Positions 24,721 through 38,868 of a stretch of 64,000 nt of DNA are shown here, piece by piece. The DNA is from Octopus sinensis (lineage: Eukaryota): assembly GCF_006345805.1 (NCBI RefSeq), contig NC_043000.1, positions 44,640,001 to 44,704,000 of the forward strand. Direction: 5' to 3'. The notes beneath the pieces were generated by a model that saw only the letters and a list, made by a program, of their open reading frames with translations, searched no databases and was not told the origin of the DNA. The first letter of the stretch is position 1. Every line of letters starts with the position of its first letter. The translations under genes and the position numbers were made by a program.

Positions 24721-25499
24721 CCCCACTACTTTATTATCTCTCCTTCTTCTTAGCTCTCCTGTGTGTACCCTCAGTCCAGCATTCGCCATGATAGATCACT
24801 TGCCACTAAACCTTTTTCTGTTTTCTCTCCTTCTTTATTTCCGTGTTATATTAGTAAACTTCGTAGACTTCATCTTAGGTCTTAGTGTAGGATTCTATAA
24901 ACCTCATAAGCCACGTCAACTTATATAAATTACTTCTTAAATCACCAAAAGGCAGTCAGATGTTTCATTGTAACTGATGTATTTTCCTGTACATCATTGC
25001 TATCCGCTAACTGCGACATCTTTAAGCAAAATGCTAATTACTATAATGAAGCTTTCATCAGGGTTGGTTACAAAAAGAAAATAGCATATCTTCTTTAATG
25101 TAATGATGACAATAGCAATTATATGCAGTCAGTAAGCAATAAAGTTAATGAAAATAATTTGTTGCACTAAGGATATGCCCAATCTAAGAAAAGCCTTAAA
25201 ATTTGCTTGCATTAATAGAACAATCTTAGTAATGACGGAAAACTTATAAATTGTCAGGCAAATTACGTGGTAATCAGTATTGTACTCATACCTTTTAAGA
25301 TAACAATAATAATAATTATAAGGTGATTATAGTTACCATAGGTATTAATAATACTAATACTACTAATAATAATATTAAGAAAAGGGAGGAGGAGAAAAAC
25401 AACAACAACAACACTAACAATAGCAACAATAATGTATTTAGATCAAATAATGTGATTAACTATCGTCGTCACCAAACTACTTTTGACATTATTCCATTT

Positions 25500-25690
25500 A
25501 ATCCGAATAAAAATGAGAATAAAAACGAAAATTATTCGCGTAAGTATGGTTTGTGTTTTAACTTACCATTCAATCTACAATTTTCTTGTAATGTTGCTGG
25601 AAATATACTTCAAGCTTTAGATAAACACTTCCCTAACACTATCCCGTATAATAACATTTTCAATAAACACACATTCCTGAATATATAGCA
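25500..25690 (+). mobile_element. Penelope-like RT-to-endonuclease linker fragment
   Basis: SRKYGLCFNLPFNLQFSCNVAGNILQALDKHFPNTIPYNNIFNKHT resembles the PLE motif WFNPPF...N..KxFL.LIDKHFP....Y.KIFNR.T. Confidence 0.65.
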
Positions 25691-27021
25691 AGATTTAACT
25701 CTAGTGAATACGACAACAAATAGCAGTATATCTAATATGGCAACTTCTACCCTCCAAAATAATTGCAATATAATATCTTTATTAAAAATATCAATGTGTC
25801 TAGGTTCATGATTCCAATAAAAATAGTACTAATAACTGTAAAAAAGGACTCATCTTTTCTACCAATAATCGAGATAACTTTGCCCTATATAGCACTCGTA
25901 ATAAATCACTGTTTTCCGTTAAGGACCAGTACCTGAGGAATAATATGTTTTGAAAGTGCTCCATCACTGCTTTTAGTAAAGCACATATTTCCTTTTGTGC
26001 AACCTCTTCCTCATTTAAACTTCTTTGGAATAATCACAAATGAACTTTTTAACATAACAAAGGCCACTGTAGATAATATTGAATTCAAAATTGATTGTTC
26101 TATTGTAGGTAATGTACAACCGTATAAAAGTGGTGATGGATTACGTGGGCTCCATGTATCTGAGGCATTCTCTATTAATAAAATTAATAAACTCAAATCA
26201 AATATGATTAATCAGCTTGATTATAAGATGACAACACCTTAAATATAAATCTTTTCTGCATTCTCACTGTACCTGACGTTATGCTTGCTCATTAAATCTG
26301 CACTAATTGACTTTATAAACTAGATCAGTACTTCGAATACATTCCCTAACTTTATTATCCTTATTACATAACCTTAGAGTTTGATAAAAATAGGATATAT
26401 TTTCTTATCACATATTTTGTTATTAGTAAGAACAATTCTTACCCATGACTACCAGCACATATATCTAAATCATCCTTGTTTGCAAGTTATTTCCCTTATA
26501 TAGTGAACCATATTTAATCCTGCCTTAAATGGTAATGTATTCTAGCACGTCCACACATTCTGTTTCCTAGATCAATACAACGAAATATTTCCCTACTTTC
26601 TTAACCTTATATATTTCCACTACTGCAATGAATAATATATTAGAACATATTCAAACATTCTGCTATCTAAGAATACGCTTGTTTTGCAGCTGTGCAAGCA
26701 CCTAAACTTTTTAATAATTTCTATATGATAATCTATACCTAACTGTACACTTGGATTTTGAATATTAATAACGTTTAAACTTTTATCAATATAAATTCCC
26801 TGCCTCAACTAGCCATAATTTGTTTTTACTAGGGTGATAGATAATGTATTAGCGATTTACACACTCTGTTATTGATAATGGCTGTAAATTTACACGTCAA
26901 TCAATGTACACCAGTTTCTCATATACCTTACAAATTAGCTCCTATTTTTAATATCTACGAATAGTTAATTTTGTTCTAATAACCATGTTAGCAGATTCAA
27001 TATAATTCAAATGTTTATATA

Positions 27022-27215
27022 CCAGGGAGTACTGAAAAGTTGCTGGAATCAAGGGTATGGCCAAAGCCAAGTTGGAGGCCCAACCGTCCGAGTTTTTTAC
27101 AGGGCTTAAAAAATGAAGGACCGATACAATACATGTGTTGCTCAATAAATCCTAGTTAACTGATCCTCCAGTGATTTGTTTTACCTAAAACCAGGAATGT
27201 ATTAATACCTCCTTG
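27022..27215. mobile_element. Non-autonomous mariner-type MITE
   Basis: TA|ccagggagtactgaaaagttgctgg ... ccaggaatgtattaatacctccttg|TA; related copy at 38869-39057. Confidence 0.75.
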
Positions 27216-28099
27216 TACATGCTCTCATATGTGTTCCTATATATGTAGATATCTGCTTGTTATGTAAAATCGCATATAGGTACACGTGCATAGTTGTAGT
27301 TGTGGGTATATATCTAAGAAAATATATATGTATACGTATGTCTTTTTTCTAACGTATTTTCATATAGATATATGTATATTCATGTACATATATGTGTACC
27401 ATTATGCATATTTGTGTATATGTATGTGTGCCCATATCTATCTATTTATCTCTATAGGTACACGAGAGCATACACTATATTAGTACATTTATTTGTATAT
27501 ACATATATTATTTTATTTTTGTATTTTGCATATATGGGATTCGGTACATCTTTAGTTGTATATGTATTTATGCTAATAGATACATGCATAGGTTTGAGTG
27601 TGTGCATATGTTTGTCTCTTTACAATATATGCATGTAGATTAAGGTGTACGAATATACATCTACGTAGATGCGGTTATGTATTTTTATTTTTATTTTTGT
27701 AAGTTTATATTGCCTTATTCATTATTTTCTTCACCACCTTCATCACCAATACTCATAATTTCCCTTCAATATCTTCCTAGATGTCCTTTTTTTCTTGTAT
27801 CTTCTCTCTGTAGTAAATTTTAGCACTTATCGGTCTTCAATACACTGTAATAACAAAGGCTAATTTTATACATATTTAGCAGAGTTGAAAAATCGGTGTA
27901 ACCATGATAGTCTGTTCATCTGATGCGCTTGTCTTCTATATGTGTATTGATTTGTAAATGTACTATGGTACTGTGCAATGAATAACATGCATACTGATGC
28001 AGACATATAAATTAAAATAGATTATTATACACTTAAATTTTTACAGGATGAAGGTTGCAAAATGGTCATCATCCTGCATATATACCCCGGTGAATAATA

Positions 28100-28130
28100 T
28101 GTATATATATGTATGTATATATATATACAT

Positions 28131-28173
<43 letters not shown>

Positions 28174-28198
28174 ATATACATATATAAATATGTATATA

Positions 28199-28260
<62 letters not shown>
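28100..28260. repeat. (TA)n compound microsatellite
   Basis: Directly visible. Confidence 0.95.
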
Positions 28261-28262
<2 letters not shown>

Positions 28263-28796
28263 TCTGTAAATGCGTATCTTCCATTTGTCAGCCAACTGAA
28301 GAGAAATCTATACCGTCAATAAACTAATTTCTATTTTTAGACTCGCGTTACCAATATATATACGAATTTTAAATATTGCTTAAAAATATTCTATAAATTA
28401 AATCCCTATTCAAATCGAATTTTCCGAAAGAATTGGACAAAATATTTAATATAAAGAAAAATAAATTGGAAATTATTTCAGTATTTTGCCTGAAGCGAAT
28501 TACTGGGCTATTATTATAAGTAATGTATTTCAGCTTAAGAATTATCGGGCGCTGGGTATGATGGAAAGTCGTTTTCTTTCAGCCAAAGGCTATGAAGCAT
28601 TGGTTGCTACTGAAAAACCAAAGTCCTACTTAGCAAGCAGATGATTTCGATTACATATTCACCAGTGTATTACAAGTAATATGTCATTGATTTTACTCTA
28701 CTTCCAAAATATCAATGCATAGGAAAAGAACCTCTAGTAGCATTCAGACAAGAGGAATGTAGGGACATCATTACTATTATCATAATAAATCAGCTA

Positions 28797-28860
28797 AATT
28801 GCGGTGCCCCAGCATGGCCACAGCTCGTGAGCTGAAACTAGATAAAATGAAAAATAAATA
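28797..28860 (+). mobile_element. Isolated SINE/LINE 3' tail
   Basis: gcggtgccccagcatggccacagctcgtgagctgaaactagataaaa resembles the family A SINE tail at 44555-44600. Confidence 0.65.
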
Positions 28861-28985
28861 AAAAATATATATCGAAATCAATATAAATATATACATAGAT
28901 TGTGCATAGGTAAATAGCTAAGAAATTGCACTCTAGCGATCGTGATTTCAGTTACTGAACCTGGTGATGCGTTCTATTCTAGCAA

Positions 28986-29109
<124 letters not shown>

Positions 29110-30289
29110 CGAGAGCCATTCAACACATTTAGTCGTTACATATATTATCTTTAACTGTTTGATTCGGCCATAGACACCTTAACGTTTTGTAAGCTCCTTA
29201 CTGAAGCCTGGCTCGTTCAGCTCAGGCGACTGAACATACGTGCAAAAAGTCTAAGATTGCTACCAGAGAGTGTGCTGCAACTGGTCAATGTGGGTCACAT
29301 GGTGTTATTGTGCGTTTAATTGAAATTCTAGTGACAACAAATCCATTAAGAATGAGATCACGATTTCAATTCTTTTGAATAGTGGGCTGGACAGGAAGCC
29401 GGTAGCTTCTCTATATCTGGCTGGTCTTCGAATGGACATGCGAAACATTGGATCGATGGCCAGCGTGGTTCTGTGTGTGTATATATGCCAGACGTATCTA
29501 TGCGTGGGTGTGCGTGTCTGATCGTATAAATATACTATTTGTGAGTGTGTGTAGTTGTGTCTGTGCGGGTAAGCTGGTGTGTGGGTGAAAGTTGATGGCA
29601 ACTCTTGCTGTTATGTGTACGCGTTTGTCAGGGTGTGTGTATGTATAGGTACGCGTACGTATCAGCCATGTGTGAGTCTTTCCGTGTGTATCTCGGCTGC
29701 CAATGTATCAACTGTGTGTGTGCGAATACATGTGCGTTAGTATTTCATGTATGTGCATGAATGTATGTGCTTACATGTTTGGTAATGCGTGGATGGGTGT
29801 GTAAGCATACAAATGTTGCTGAACGTGGATGTATACATTTCTGTATGAATTTGCGCAAGTTTATGTGGATGAACACGTCTGTGTCTGTGCTTGTATTTAC
29901 ATCCGGTGTTTGCTAATGTAGTTGCAACAGCGTTGCTGGATGGGAATATGGCATCGGATTGTAGTTTGTTAGTGTTATAGGGAAAGAAAGAAAGAAAGAG
30001 AGGACGGGCCTGGTTGGAATGCAATCTTTGAATCAAAATCAGTGCATGATCTGGGCATTGACATTCGTAATGATACATCTATCCGGATGCATAATACTAA
30101 ATTAGCAATAAAATACAGATGGCTGGCCGAATGGATCCCCACAATACTCGGAAAGAGACAACAATAAACCATGATGGTCCTCTGAACGACATATGTTCTC
30201 AGCATCTTAGACTACTGCTCCTAGATTTGGTTACCGTACAGTGTTTTAATTAACGACGGACCTCGAAGCAATCCAGCTACACAAACAGT

Positions 30290-30750
30290 GATCTCATTGC
30301 GACATGTCAGCTACTAGGAAGACCCTACTCCCTAGAACGCAGGTGGGGAAGATAAAAGATAACATATACCTGAAAAATCAACGAAGGACTTGTAACAAAA
30401 TTTGCGAGAGTAAGTTTCACAAGCTGCAGCAGAGGGCGCTGCTACATAGCAGTAAAGATTTAAACATCAACATCATGATACAGGGCAAAATAGTGCAAAT
30501 GTTTGGGTGCCAATGGTCTACAACTCTTTCAGCAACCTACCAAAAACTTCAGAGACATGGTGGAGGTATAGGTGTTTTCAAAACAGAACTGGATCTTCTC
30601 TTGTCAAGATTTCCCAGTAAGAAACGCAGGTGAGGACAACAACATCAAACTCTCTCATTCACTAAATGCTAAATATCAGAGGAGGTTTCAGATAGTGTAG
30701 CACAGCTAACAGCGGTTCCCAGCGTGGCTGCAAATTTCTGAAGCTAGTTA
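30290..30750 (+). mobile_element. CR1-clade LINE 3' end (degenerate)
   Basis: Frame YSLERRWGR*KITYT*KINEGLVTKF, plus downstream FKTELDLLLS, resembles the CR1-type C-terminus LYSLERRRERY..IY.WKI.EGLV...FK..LD.FL. Confidence 0.75.
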
Positions 30751-30787
30751 ATGTGTAAAAGTGTAATTGGGTGTGAGTGAGTGTGTG

Positions 30788-30827
<40 letters not shown>

Positions 30828-33194
30828 CGTGCGTGTGAGCGTGCGTGCGTGCGCACATCCAAGCATACAGAGACGGTTGTGGGCGGTTACAGAAAATGCA
30901 GACGTTTATAAGGTCAGCCAATACGAAGCGCAGGCATCGGTTGTTAGGTACCCTGCTCTTGATTAAGGTGGAGACAGTGTTGAAATTCAGTCGATATAGC
31001 TGGGTATATATGGGTTGCGGTTAGCCTTACTTCTGACACCCATATACCAGTCTTTTTATCACTGCTCAGAGTTTTCAGGTAAAAATTATACTTCACTAAA
31101 TAAATCAAATAAGAACAAAACTTGCCCAAAATTGTAAAAAATTTTCTAATACCATATGCACAGCCTATCCTTATTAACTGTATTCTGTTTTAATTAATTA
31201 CGATTAAGATTTTGAAGACAACTCACCTTCGTGACCGCAGATGACTCTTAATCTAGTAGCTATTTCTGTTGAGTAGGGACCTTATTTTGATTTAGAATTT
31301 ATTCTACCATTACGTTATGTAAGTTGGAACCAAACTTATTAATCAGATTTCAAGTGAAATGCTTCTGTAGAACGACCAAGCTCTTTTAACGATGCCTGAT
31401 AACTAGATCAGTTACGACATTTTTAATTCGAAGACAGATTCAGCCAAAAGACATACTGAATATTATTATCTAATCTGCACACAACCTAAAAGAATAATTT
31501 ATCAATCGAAAAGTTAACTCGGTCACGGAAATTATATTCTATTTTAACGCATTAATAACTAACATAACAATACTTTTATTCTGCATTACTACTGGAATAT
31601 TTACATGCGCACGCATGAGTGTATGAAATTCGTACGTAAAAAATAGTTGGTCGTATACATATATACAAATTTATACAGGTACGCACAGGCATATGCATGT
31701 ACATATGCGTGCGTATATACGTACACGCATAACCATGCACGCACGCACACATACTTACACGCACACAAACACATAAACATACACATACATATATTTAACA
31801 AAACGCAAAGTTTTGGGAGTGCATTCGAAGTTTTGTGTTTATCCATTTCGTCACGTTCTAATACTTTTTCTTTGTTTGCTATTTTTTTCTTGTGAAGGTT
31901 TCGAGGATTTTATGTAGTTGAACGAGAGAGAAGCTGGAACCACAATTATTTTCTCCTCTTGAATTTTATCTTGTTAGAGATTGATGACCAACCATGATGC
32001 AATCATTTTTCCAAATTTCGACACGATGGTTTATTGTAGCATCAAACTTTATTGTCTTTCGTTTGTGTAACGATGCGGTAGAGGAGAAGAAGGTCTCAAA
32101 TTTTGAACGAAGTGACGCGGTAAGTAAAAAAAAAAAAAAAAAAAAAAAAAACAACTTCGGGCTGATGTTTGACTGAAATAAATGTAGAGACTGTTAGATT
32201 GTTTTGAACTACGCTGGATGAACGTATTTGAATGTAAATACGTTCTGTGTGCCGCAATTTCAAAAATATTTGTGGGGTTAGTGAAAATGTTTGTAGGCTG
32301 ATTCGTAGTTACTAACTCTTAAACTCAGCAGATAAATGCATTCGAATTTCGCCGTCAGAAAAATTTTAAATGGATTTATCATATACATAACGGTTTTTTT
32401 AATGCTATAATTTTAGATCTTTGATCATTTTCTGGCTTCCATTTTTGCTTCTTTTGTAATATTCTTACGCTGTAGGTATTATAAAATATGAAATTAGGGC
32501 TCTCTAAAAGATTTACAAGTAATTTACATTTCTGGGGATGTCTGAATTCTTTTCTTGTTCAAGAATTAATATTTAGTCCTTTTGTACTTATTCAGGTTCA
32601 TATTTTTATAGATTTATAGTTTTACAGTCCAGAGCCCAATAAGTGGTGAATTTGTCAATCTCTGGTTTACCCGATGTTTTCTTGGTCAGGCTAACTGATT
32701 TTGAGACGCTATTGTATTTTCTTTATCCTTTTCTCCGCTGAGCAATCTAAATGATCATTAATTTTGATTATGCTGAAAATGTACTCCTGTATTCTATTCT
32801 AGGAAGTTCAATCGTCCTAGACGTCCGTATAGGTGGTGTGACCATGTATGTTATGTATATGTTAGTAACGTTCCTATATGTTTAACTAAAACAATTTTTT
32901 ATCTTACCGAAGCATCACGATGTAGGTATTTGAAGCGGCTTATCCTGCAAACCTTTACTGATAGGATTTATTTAATCCTTTACTGTGATCCTAGTGGTCT
33001 TCGTTTCACTAATTTTGAAGCTACTATTTTGATCTTTTGTTTCTTTTTATATTTGTTCCCTCATTTCTCCATTTTGCTAAATATTGCCAATTTTGTTTGA
33101 GTAGGGTCACTAAAATAATATACCATTGAATGTGGTCTATCGTACAGACTTTCTGCAGCCCAACAAAATAGTTGGCCTTGCTTCACGATTAGAA

Positions 33195-33199
33195 ATAAC

Positions 33200-33255
<56 letters not shown>
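33195..33255. repeat. (TAA)n microsatellite
   Basis: Directly visible. Confidence 0.95.
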
Positions 33256-33256
<1 letters not shown>

Positions 33257-33466
33257 CCTTTCTATTATAGACACAAGGCCTGAAATTTGGGGGAGGGGAC
33301 TAGTCACTTACATCGACCCCAGTGTTTCACTTGTGCTTAATTCCTTGAACATGAAAGGATGAAATGTAAAGTCGACCTCGTCGTAATTCGATCTCAGAAT
33401 GTGGTGACAATTTAAATATCGCTATGCATATCACCCGGCGCGCTAACGATTCTGCTTGCTCGCCAA
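33256..33466 (-). mobile_element. SINE family B monomer
   Basis: Reverse-complement similarity to the 22609 core (catcgaccccagtg...aaagtcgacctcg...ctcagaa...gctaacgattctgc). Confidence 0.85.
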
Positions 33467-33899
33467 TAATAATAACTATAATGATTGCTTATGTCAATAA
33501 TAGTAATAATAATTATTATTATTGTTGTTGTTGCCGTTTGCGTTGTGGCTGTTGTTGTTTGAAACGTTGTCATCGTCGTCGTTGTCGTTTATCGTTGTCG
33601 TTGAGCTGAGTGTGAGTTTGTGCCATGATTTCCCTTTTAGAAATCGCATTTTACTGATTTTTAACCTTATTTGTCAGTTGATCAGAAATGTAAGGAACTG
33701 TTCAACGTTTGTTATTACTCAACCTTTTTGAAAAGGAAAGCAAATGTTTTCGTAACAAAGAAAGATTTTAAAATGTCATTATCTTTCTCAACTATGCAGC
33801 ATAAGAGGAAGGTGTGAGAAGATTTTGAAGCTGAAATCACCTATCGCAGTCATTTCCTACCACACGATACAATAGGGACAGGAGTAATTAAAATTAGTA

Positions 33900-34907
33900 G
33901 CAGTGTCAATCTCAGCAAGTTCATTAACTTCAGTTAAAGTTACAACCATAACAACAAGAGGAACAACAGGAAAAGTAGCGTCCACATGAACAATGACATA
34001 CGAATCAAATCGTGTATTTTCAATACACCTTAGTAAGAAATAATAAGTGTGGCAACAATGATGGTACTAAACACGCGTGTAACACGACTAACACAACAAA
34101 GTTATTACTTTTACTAAGATTTAAAAAAGTGCTCCAGTTCATCCTCCTCGAAAATAAGCATGAACATTTAATAAAATTGGAGAAATACATCATCAAACTA
34201 TAAGAGAGGAATGAACTTTCAATATACTGCAACACATCGTGGTATCGAGCAGGAAGGGAAATAATTCTGTATAGATGATTATCAGCGAATATATGCAACT
34301 TGCAGTGTTCGCATTTTGACCAAGCTGAACTAGGTTTAAAGAACATATGGCAAAATATCAGTTTTGATACGTCTCAGTGGTTATCCATTGGAACAGAAGC
34401 ATTCCTTTGTATCTTGTAAAACTGAAATTTTCACATGACTGCCGATCTCCTTGGACGAAGAGAGGTTGCACTATAACTCTCAAACATAACCTCGAAACTA
34501 GACTTCTAGTAAGTGATGAAATGTGTTGTTTTCTAAGAACCTATAATGCTACTAAATATAAACAAGTTACGAAAAGAAAATTGGGTTGCTTTGAGTTGAC
34601 AGATTTTGATTCAGTTGAAACTCGAATTACTAGATACAATTCCTGGTCTAACAGAGATAAGGTAGAACTTTTGGAGGCACAGAAAGTAGAAACCACCTAT
34701 ATTACAACTCTAGAAATACTAATCACCTTACGAGTTTCTGCTCAAGAAACAACTGAAAATTACACCAGAAATAAAACATCCATTATTGATATTACTACAA
34801 AGTCAACACAAACAATACCAGCATTAACCATAACAAGAACATCAACAGAAACTATAACAATGATTAACTTATCACATACGAGATTGTTTTTTCTCAGGAG
34901 GCACTAA
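33900..34907 (+). pseudogene. Possible decayed gene: Cys-containing segment flanked by Thr-rich segments
   Basis: Contains the longest non-microsatellite ORF (34377-34907, 176 codons, Thr-rich C-terminus). Upstream frames contain CNTSWYRAGRE, ICNLQCSHF and a further Thr-rich stretch, interrupted by stops. No family recognised. Confidence 0.3.
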
Positions 34908-34989
34908 GTCAATTGTTTTGAAACCTAGCATATATTGATGTCATACTCATACCTAACACTATTATCCTTACCTTTTCAGAAACTTTTGC

Positions 34990-36136
34990 GCTTATGAGTA
35001 ATCAGGAAAGCAAAAGTCAAAGAGTGTGTGATTTTCTGAATGCACTCGTCACACTAAAGGAGATTTCAAAAATAGTTGGAGTGTCCATAAAGACTATTTA
35101 TAATGTAAAGAATAGAATGACTATGAGCAAATCTATTACGAGGAAGTCTGGAAGTTGAGGAATCAACAAAAGACGTACCAAAGCTTTTATTAAAGCTCTC
35201 AAAATCCAAAATTCTAAAGGATCCAACCAAATCCATGAGAAAAATGGCAATTGAACTTGAGGTAGACAATAAGACCATTAGAAATGCTGTAAACTATGAT
35301 TTGAGGTTAAAATCTTACACGAGAACACCAAAACACTTGTTGACAACAGCTATGAAGGAAAGACATTGGAGAGGTGCAAGAAAATTATTACACATTTCAA
35401 GAAAAAGTCCTCCAATGTAACGATCTTTTCAGATGAAAATATCTTCACTGTCGATGCTGTTCTGAACAGCAGAAATGACAGATTAATCGCAAAATTGACA
35501 GCTGAGGTTAAGGGGACATTCAAAACAAAGATCCTGCTCAAGTTATGGCTTTTGGTGTTGTGGCTTCCGATGGAAAGAAAATGCCTATACAATTCTACAA
35601 AGCTGATGAAAAGATCAATGTTAATAATTACTACAAGACTCTGAGATACCAGGTATTGCCATGGCTTAAAGCAAACTACCCAGATTCTAATTATGTATAG
35701 ACACAGGATGGTGCTCCAGCCCACACAACTAGAAAAATACAAGGTTTCTGCAAATCCAACTTTAGCGTTTGTTTGGAATCATGTTTATGGCCGCATTCTA
35801 GCCCAGATCTAAACTCTCTGGATTATGCTATTTGGCGCGCTTTAGAACATGCTACCAATAGAACATCACACAACAATGTCATCTCTCTTAAAGGTACTAT
35901 TAAAGAAGAATGGGAGAAGTTTTCTCCCGAATATTTGAGGAGCGCCTGTGCAAGTTTCAGGAAGCGTGTTAAGGCAGTTATTGAGAAAGAAGGACGACAC
36001 GTAGAATAAAAATATTTTCTATTATGTAAATTGTCTTGTGGCAAATAAATTCTCATGACTTTCAATAAACAAATTGGTCATATACTGTCTTTCAATCTCT
36101 GACTCAAAATATTGTAAATTTTGCTTCCCCACCCTG
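34990..36136 (+). mobile_element. maT (DD37D) Tc1/mariner transposon, nearly full transposase, right TIR only
   Basis: MSNQESKSQRVCDFLNALV...IFSDENIFTVD...QDGAPAH...WPHSSPDLNSLDY, with 37 residues between the second and third Asp. The right end is ...aaattttgcttccccaccctg|TA. Stops and frameshifts are present; no left TIR is seen. Confidence 0.92.
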
Positions 36137-36139
36137 TAC

Positions 36140-36480
36140 GCTTCGCTGAACTTGCGATTCGTTTCTCTGTAGAATGTCATCTAGATCCAAAATCCCTAAA
36201 TATTTATATCCACCACCGTCGGGTTCAGCAATGGTCTCTCCTGATGGTAACCACAATCCTCTGCAGGCTGCTATTTGGTTAAGGAATTCTGGACTGTTTT
36301 GGTTAAGGAATCTACTTGTTTTCCAGATTTCCCAAACAATTTCAGATCATCCATAAACAGATGATTAGTGATGCGTCTTTCTTCCCCTATCGGTAACCCA
36401 TCTTAACTTTCCTAAGTGTCATTGTTATGGGTATTAATGCAATTACAAATAGTAACCGAGATGAGTTACCTTGCAATATA
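36140..36480 (-). mobile_element. R4/Dong-type LINE reverse transcriptase fragment
   Basis: Minus strand: LQGNSSRLLFVIALIPITMTLRKVKMGY, HLFMDDLKLFGKS, GGGYKYLGIL. Confidence 0.8.
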
Positions 36481-36485
36481 CACCT

Positions 36486-36511
<26 letters not shown>

Positions 36512-36517
<6 letters not shown>

Positions 36518-36680
36518 TAGTTTTATTTTTATAGCGTGCTTTCACTTCACTACCGAGCGCAGCTCTGTGTGCCTTGGGTATGTGCTGTGATTTGTTGTGA
36601 TGCTCTGATGGTTATTGTATGGAAAGTGTTCTGCGTAAGATGTGTGCAGTGCCTAGTAGTGCAATTTTCTGTATGTTATA
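36512..36680 (-). mobile_element. R4/Dong-type LINE 3' end, between (ATT)n tracts
   Basis: Encodes NIQKIALLGTAHILRRTLSIQ* plus a 3' UTR almost identical to 56650-56815. Confidence 0.9.
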
Positions 36681-36733
<53 letters not shown>

Positions 36734-36785
36734 TATTATTATTATCGTCGTCGTCGTCATCATCATCATCATCATCATTATTATT

Positions 36786-36985
36786 GAAGCTGCGAGCTGG
36801 CATAATTGTTAGCACGCTGGACTTAATGCTTAGCGGCATTTCGCCCCTCACTACGTTCTGTGTTAATTTCCGTCGCGGGCCACTTTGCCTTTCATTCTTT
36901 CGGGGTCGCTAAATTAATTTCCAGTGAAACACTGAGATCGAGGTAATCGACTATTGCCCTCCCCCAATATTTCAGGCTTATAATA
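36786..36985 (+). mobile_element. SINE family B monomer (diverged)
   Basis: gcgagctggcataattgttagcacgctgg...actttgcctttcattctttcggggtcg matches family B. Confidence 0.85.
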
Positions 36986-38868
36986 AAAAGTATCAGTATT
37001 ATTGTCATATAGTAGACTCTTATAGATTTTCACTGCAGTATTCAGTGCAGCTTCATGAGCTTTGGGTATGTAATTTCTTTATTTGTCTTGTATTAGTATT
37101 GTTATGAATGTACAATGTCTGAATCCGATAAATGAATAATTGAATTACCATCAAAACACTGCTATATATGAAAGAATTTCAAAGAAATATTCGTAATTTA
37201 AATATGAACTAATGTTTACAGATTTATTTATTTAACTACGTAATTTGTTCATTAAAAACGTATATCAAAACAAAAATAATATCATATTGATATTTCCTAA
37301 TACAACAGAAATAATACGTATTATGAGTTTAATTAATTTCAATGTGAGTAATTTGAAATGAATTAATAGTTCTAATTTTCTTGTACAAATATGAAGAATC
37401 TTCTTTGAAATTAACCTAATATATTCTAATACAAACCGTTTTATTTGTTATTTTCTATATTACTATCGATAAAATATTTTGAAGTAGGCAGTGAAGACTA
37501 AATTAAACAGAAATGAATGGAGGAAAAAAATTCTTTCATAATTTTAATAACTAACTTTGTCTACAATTAGAAGGAGAAAGCAAATAATTAGTAAACGGAA
37601 AAAGCAGTTAGAAAGTTGTTCAATGTGCGTAACTTTTTATCGGCATCTACTAAAAATAATCTATAATTCTCGCGTATGAATATATGCTGGCATGTATATA
37701 TTTATATATTTCTGTAGTATTATTTTCTTTTATTATTATTTCCAATCATTGGAGAACTGCCATGCTGTCTTGAAGAGTTTAATCAATGAAATGGTCACTA
37801 AAATTTATTATTTAAGTCTACTTTGTATTTCATGACCCATATGTTACCGAAACGTTTTGTCAGGCTCACAAATATAAAGACCCTTACAAACATACACAAA
37901 CATAAATACGCATACAAACACCGACAGACATACAAAAATAAATGTTTTCGTATATATTTTTGAATTTGTATATTTAAGTGTATTTCTTCAACCTGATGGC
38001 TAAATGCGAAACCAATGATTTCTCAATGACTATACCTGGTGGCGGCCCGTTTTGTCTTAGATTGCAGTTTCTCGTTAGCTACTGTTGCGTGTTAACGCTA
38101 TACGTCTCAAAGAATGTTATCTCGGAAAGTATACTGCTTTAGGCAGGTTTTCAAAGTTTGTTCTGTTTTAAGAATGTTTTTAAGATTGCTGCTTTAAATT
38201 AATGCTGTTTCTGTCGCACATAGAAACTTTTCTCTTGGATTGCCGGCAAATTGCTATATCACTGATTTTAATCATTCCTTTACTACATGAGTGGCAATTG
38301 CCTTTGTCTTAATATGCGGCAGACCATGGATACTTGCCAATGGCGCAGGGAGCGTTTCCCCTTCTACTGATATATTTTATGTGTTATTAACGTTATACAT
38401 ACGAGCACTTTTATACACCACAGGTAAATATTAAAGATTCTCTCGATGTAAATAATGTTGTATTTTGTGCTCTATGACGATGCAGGTAAAGTTGAAGATA
38501 AATATTCTCTTTTTGCATTATTACTGCTTGTGTTGCTGTTAATTAATTTTTTAATAACTCCTGGCCATTTGCGACATCAGTGTTGGAAAAGGAATTGAAA
38601 TCCTATATATCGTTGACGGTGAGATTCGACAGATATATCACTACCGGGTGGTTGCCACTGAAGAGCCGAAACAGTGTGAAATAACGTACCTGGTAGCTCT
38701 GGCAGCAAAAGTAATCGATTCACGTCTATCAATAAATATAAATAGGAGTACTTATATACCCCCCTAGCCAGGACATGAGGTCTTCTCATGATAAATAATA
38801 CAGCTTTCTGTATTCATACACACATTTTACATTAGGTTGGAGACTAAGATATAATGAAAAAGCGTATA

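Noticed and set aside
25900-26900. ORFs at 25997-26242 and 26620-26808
   Set aside because: Short, AT-rich, with no recognisable motifs; within chance expectation.
29170-29235. Minus-strand gtaag-gag-cttac hairpin followed by aaaacgtt, resembling a decayed HHR
   Set aside because: The CUGANGA core is absent and GAAA is mutated; too degenerate to call.
32041-32125. Possible exon ending at a strong donor GCG|GTAAGT (32119/32120)
   Set aside because: Short, with no homology recognised and no partner exons. It cannot be supported without RNA-seq.
38650-38705. CTGAAGA...GAAA hammerhead-like arrangement
   Set aside because: Helix I can be drawn, but helix II and the helix III/NUH register do not fit.
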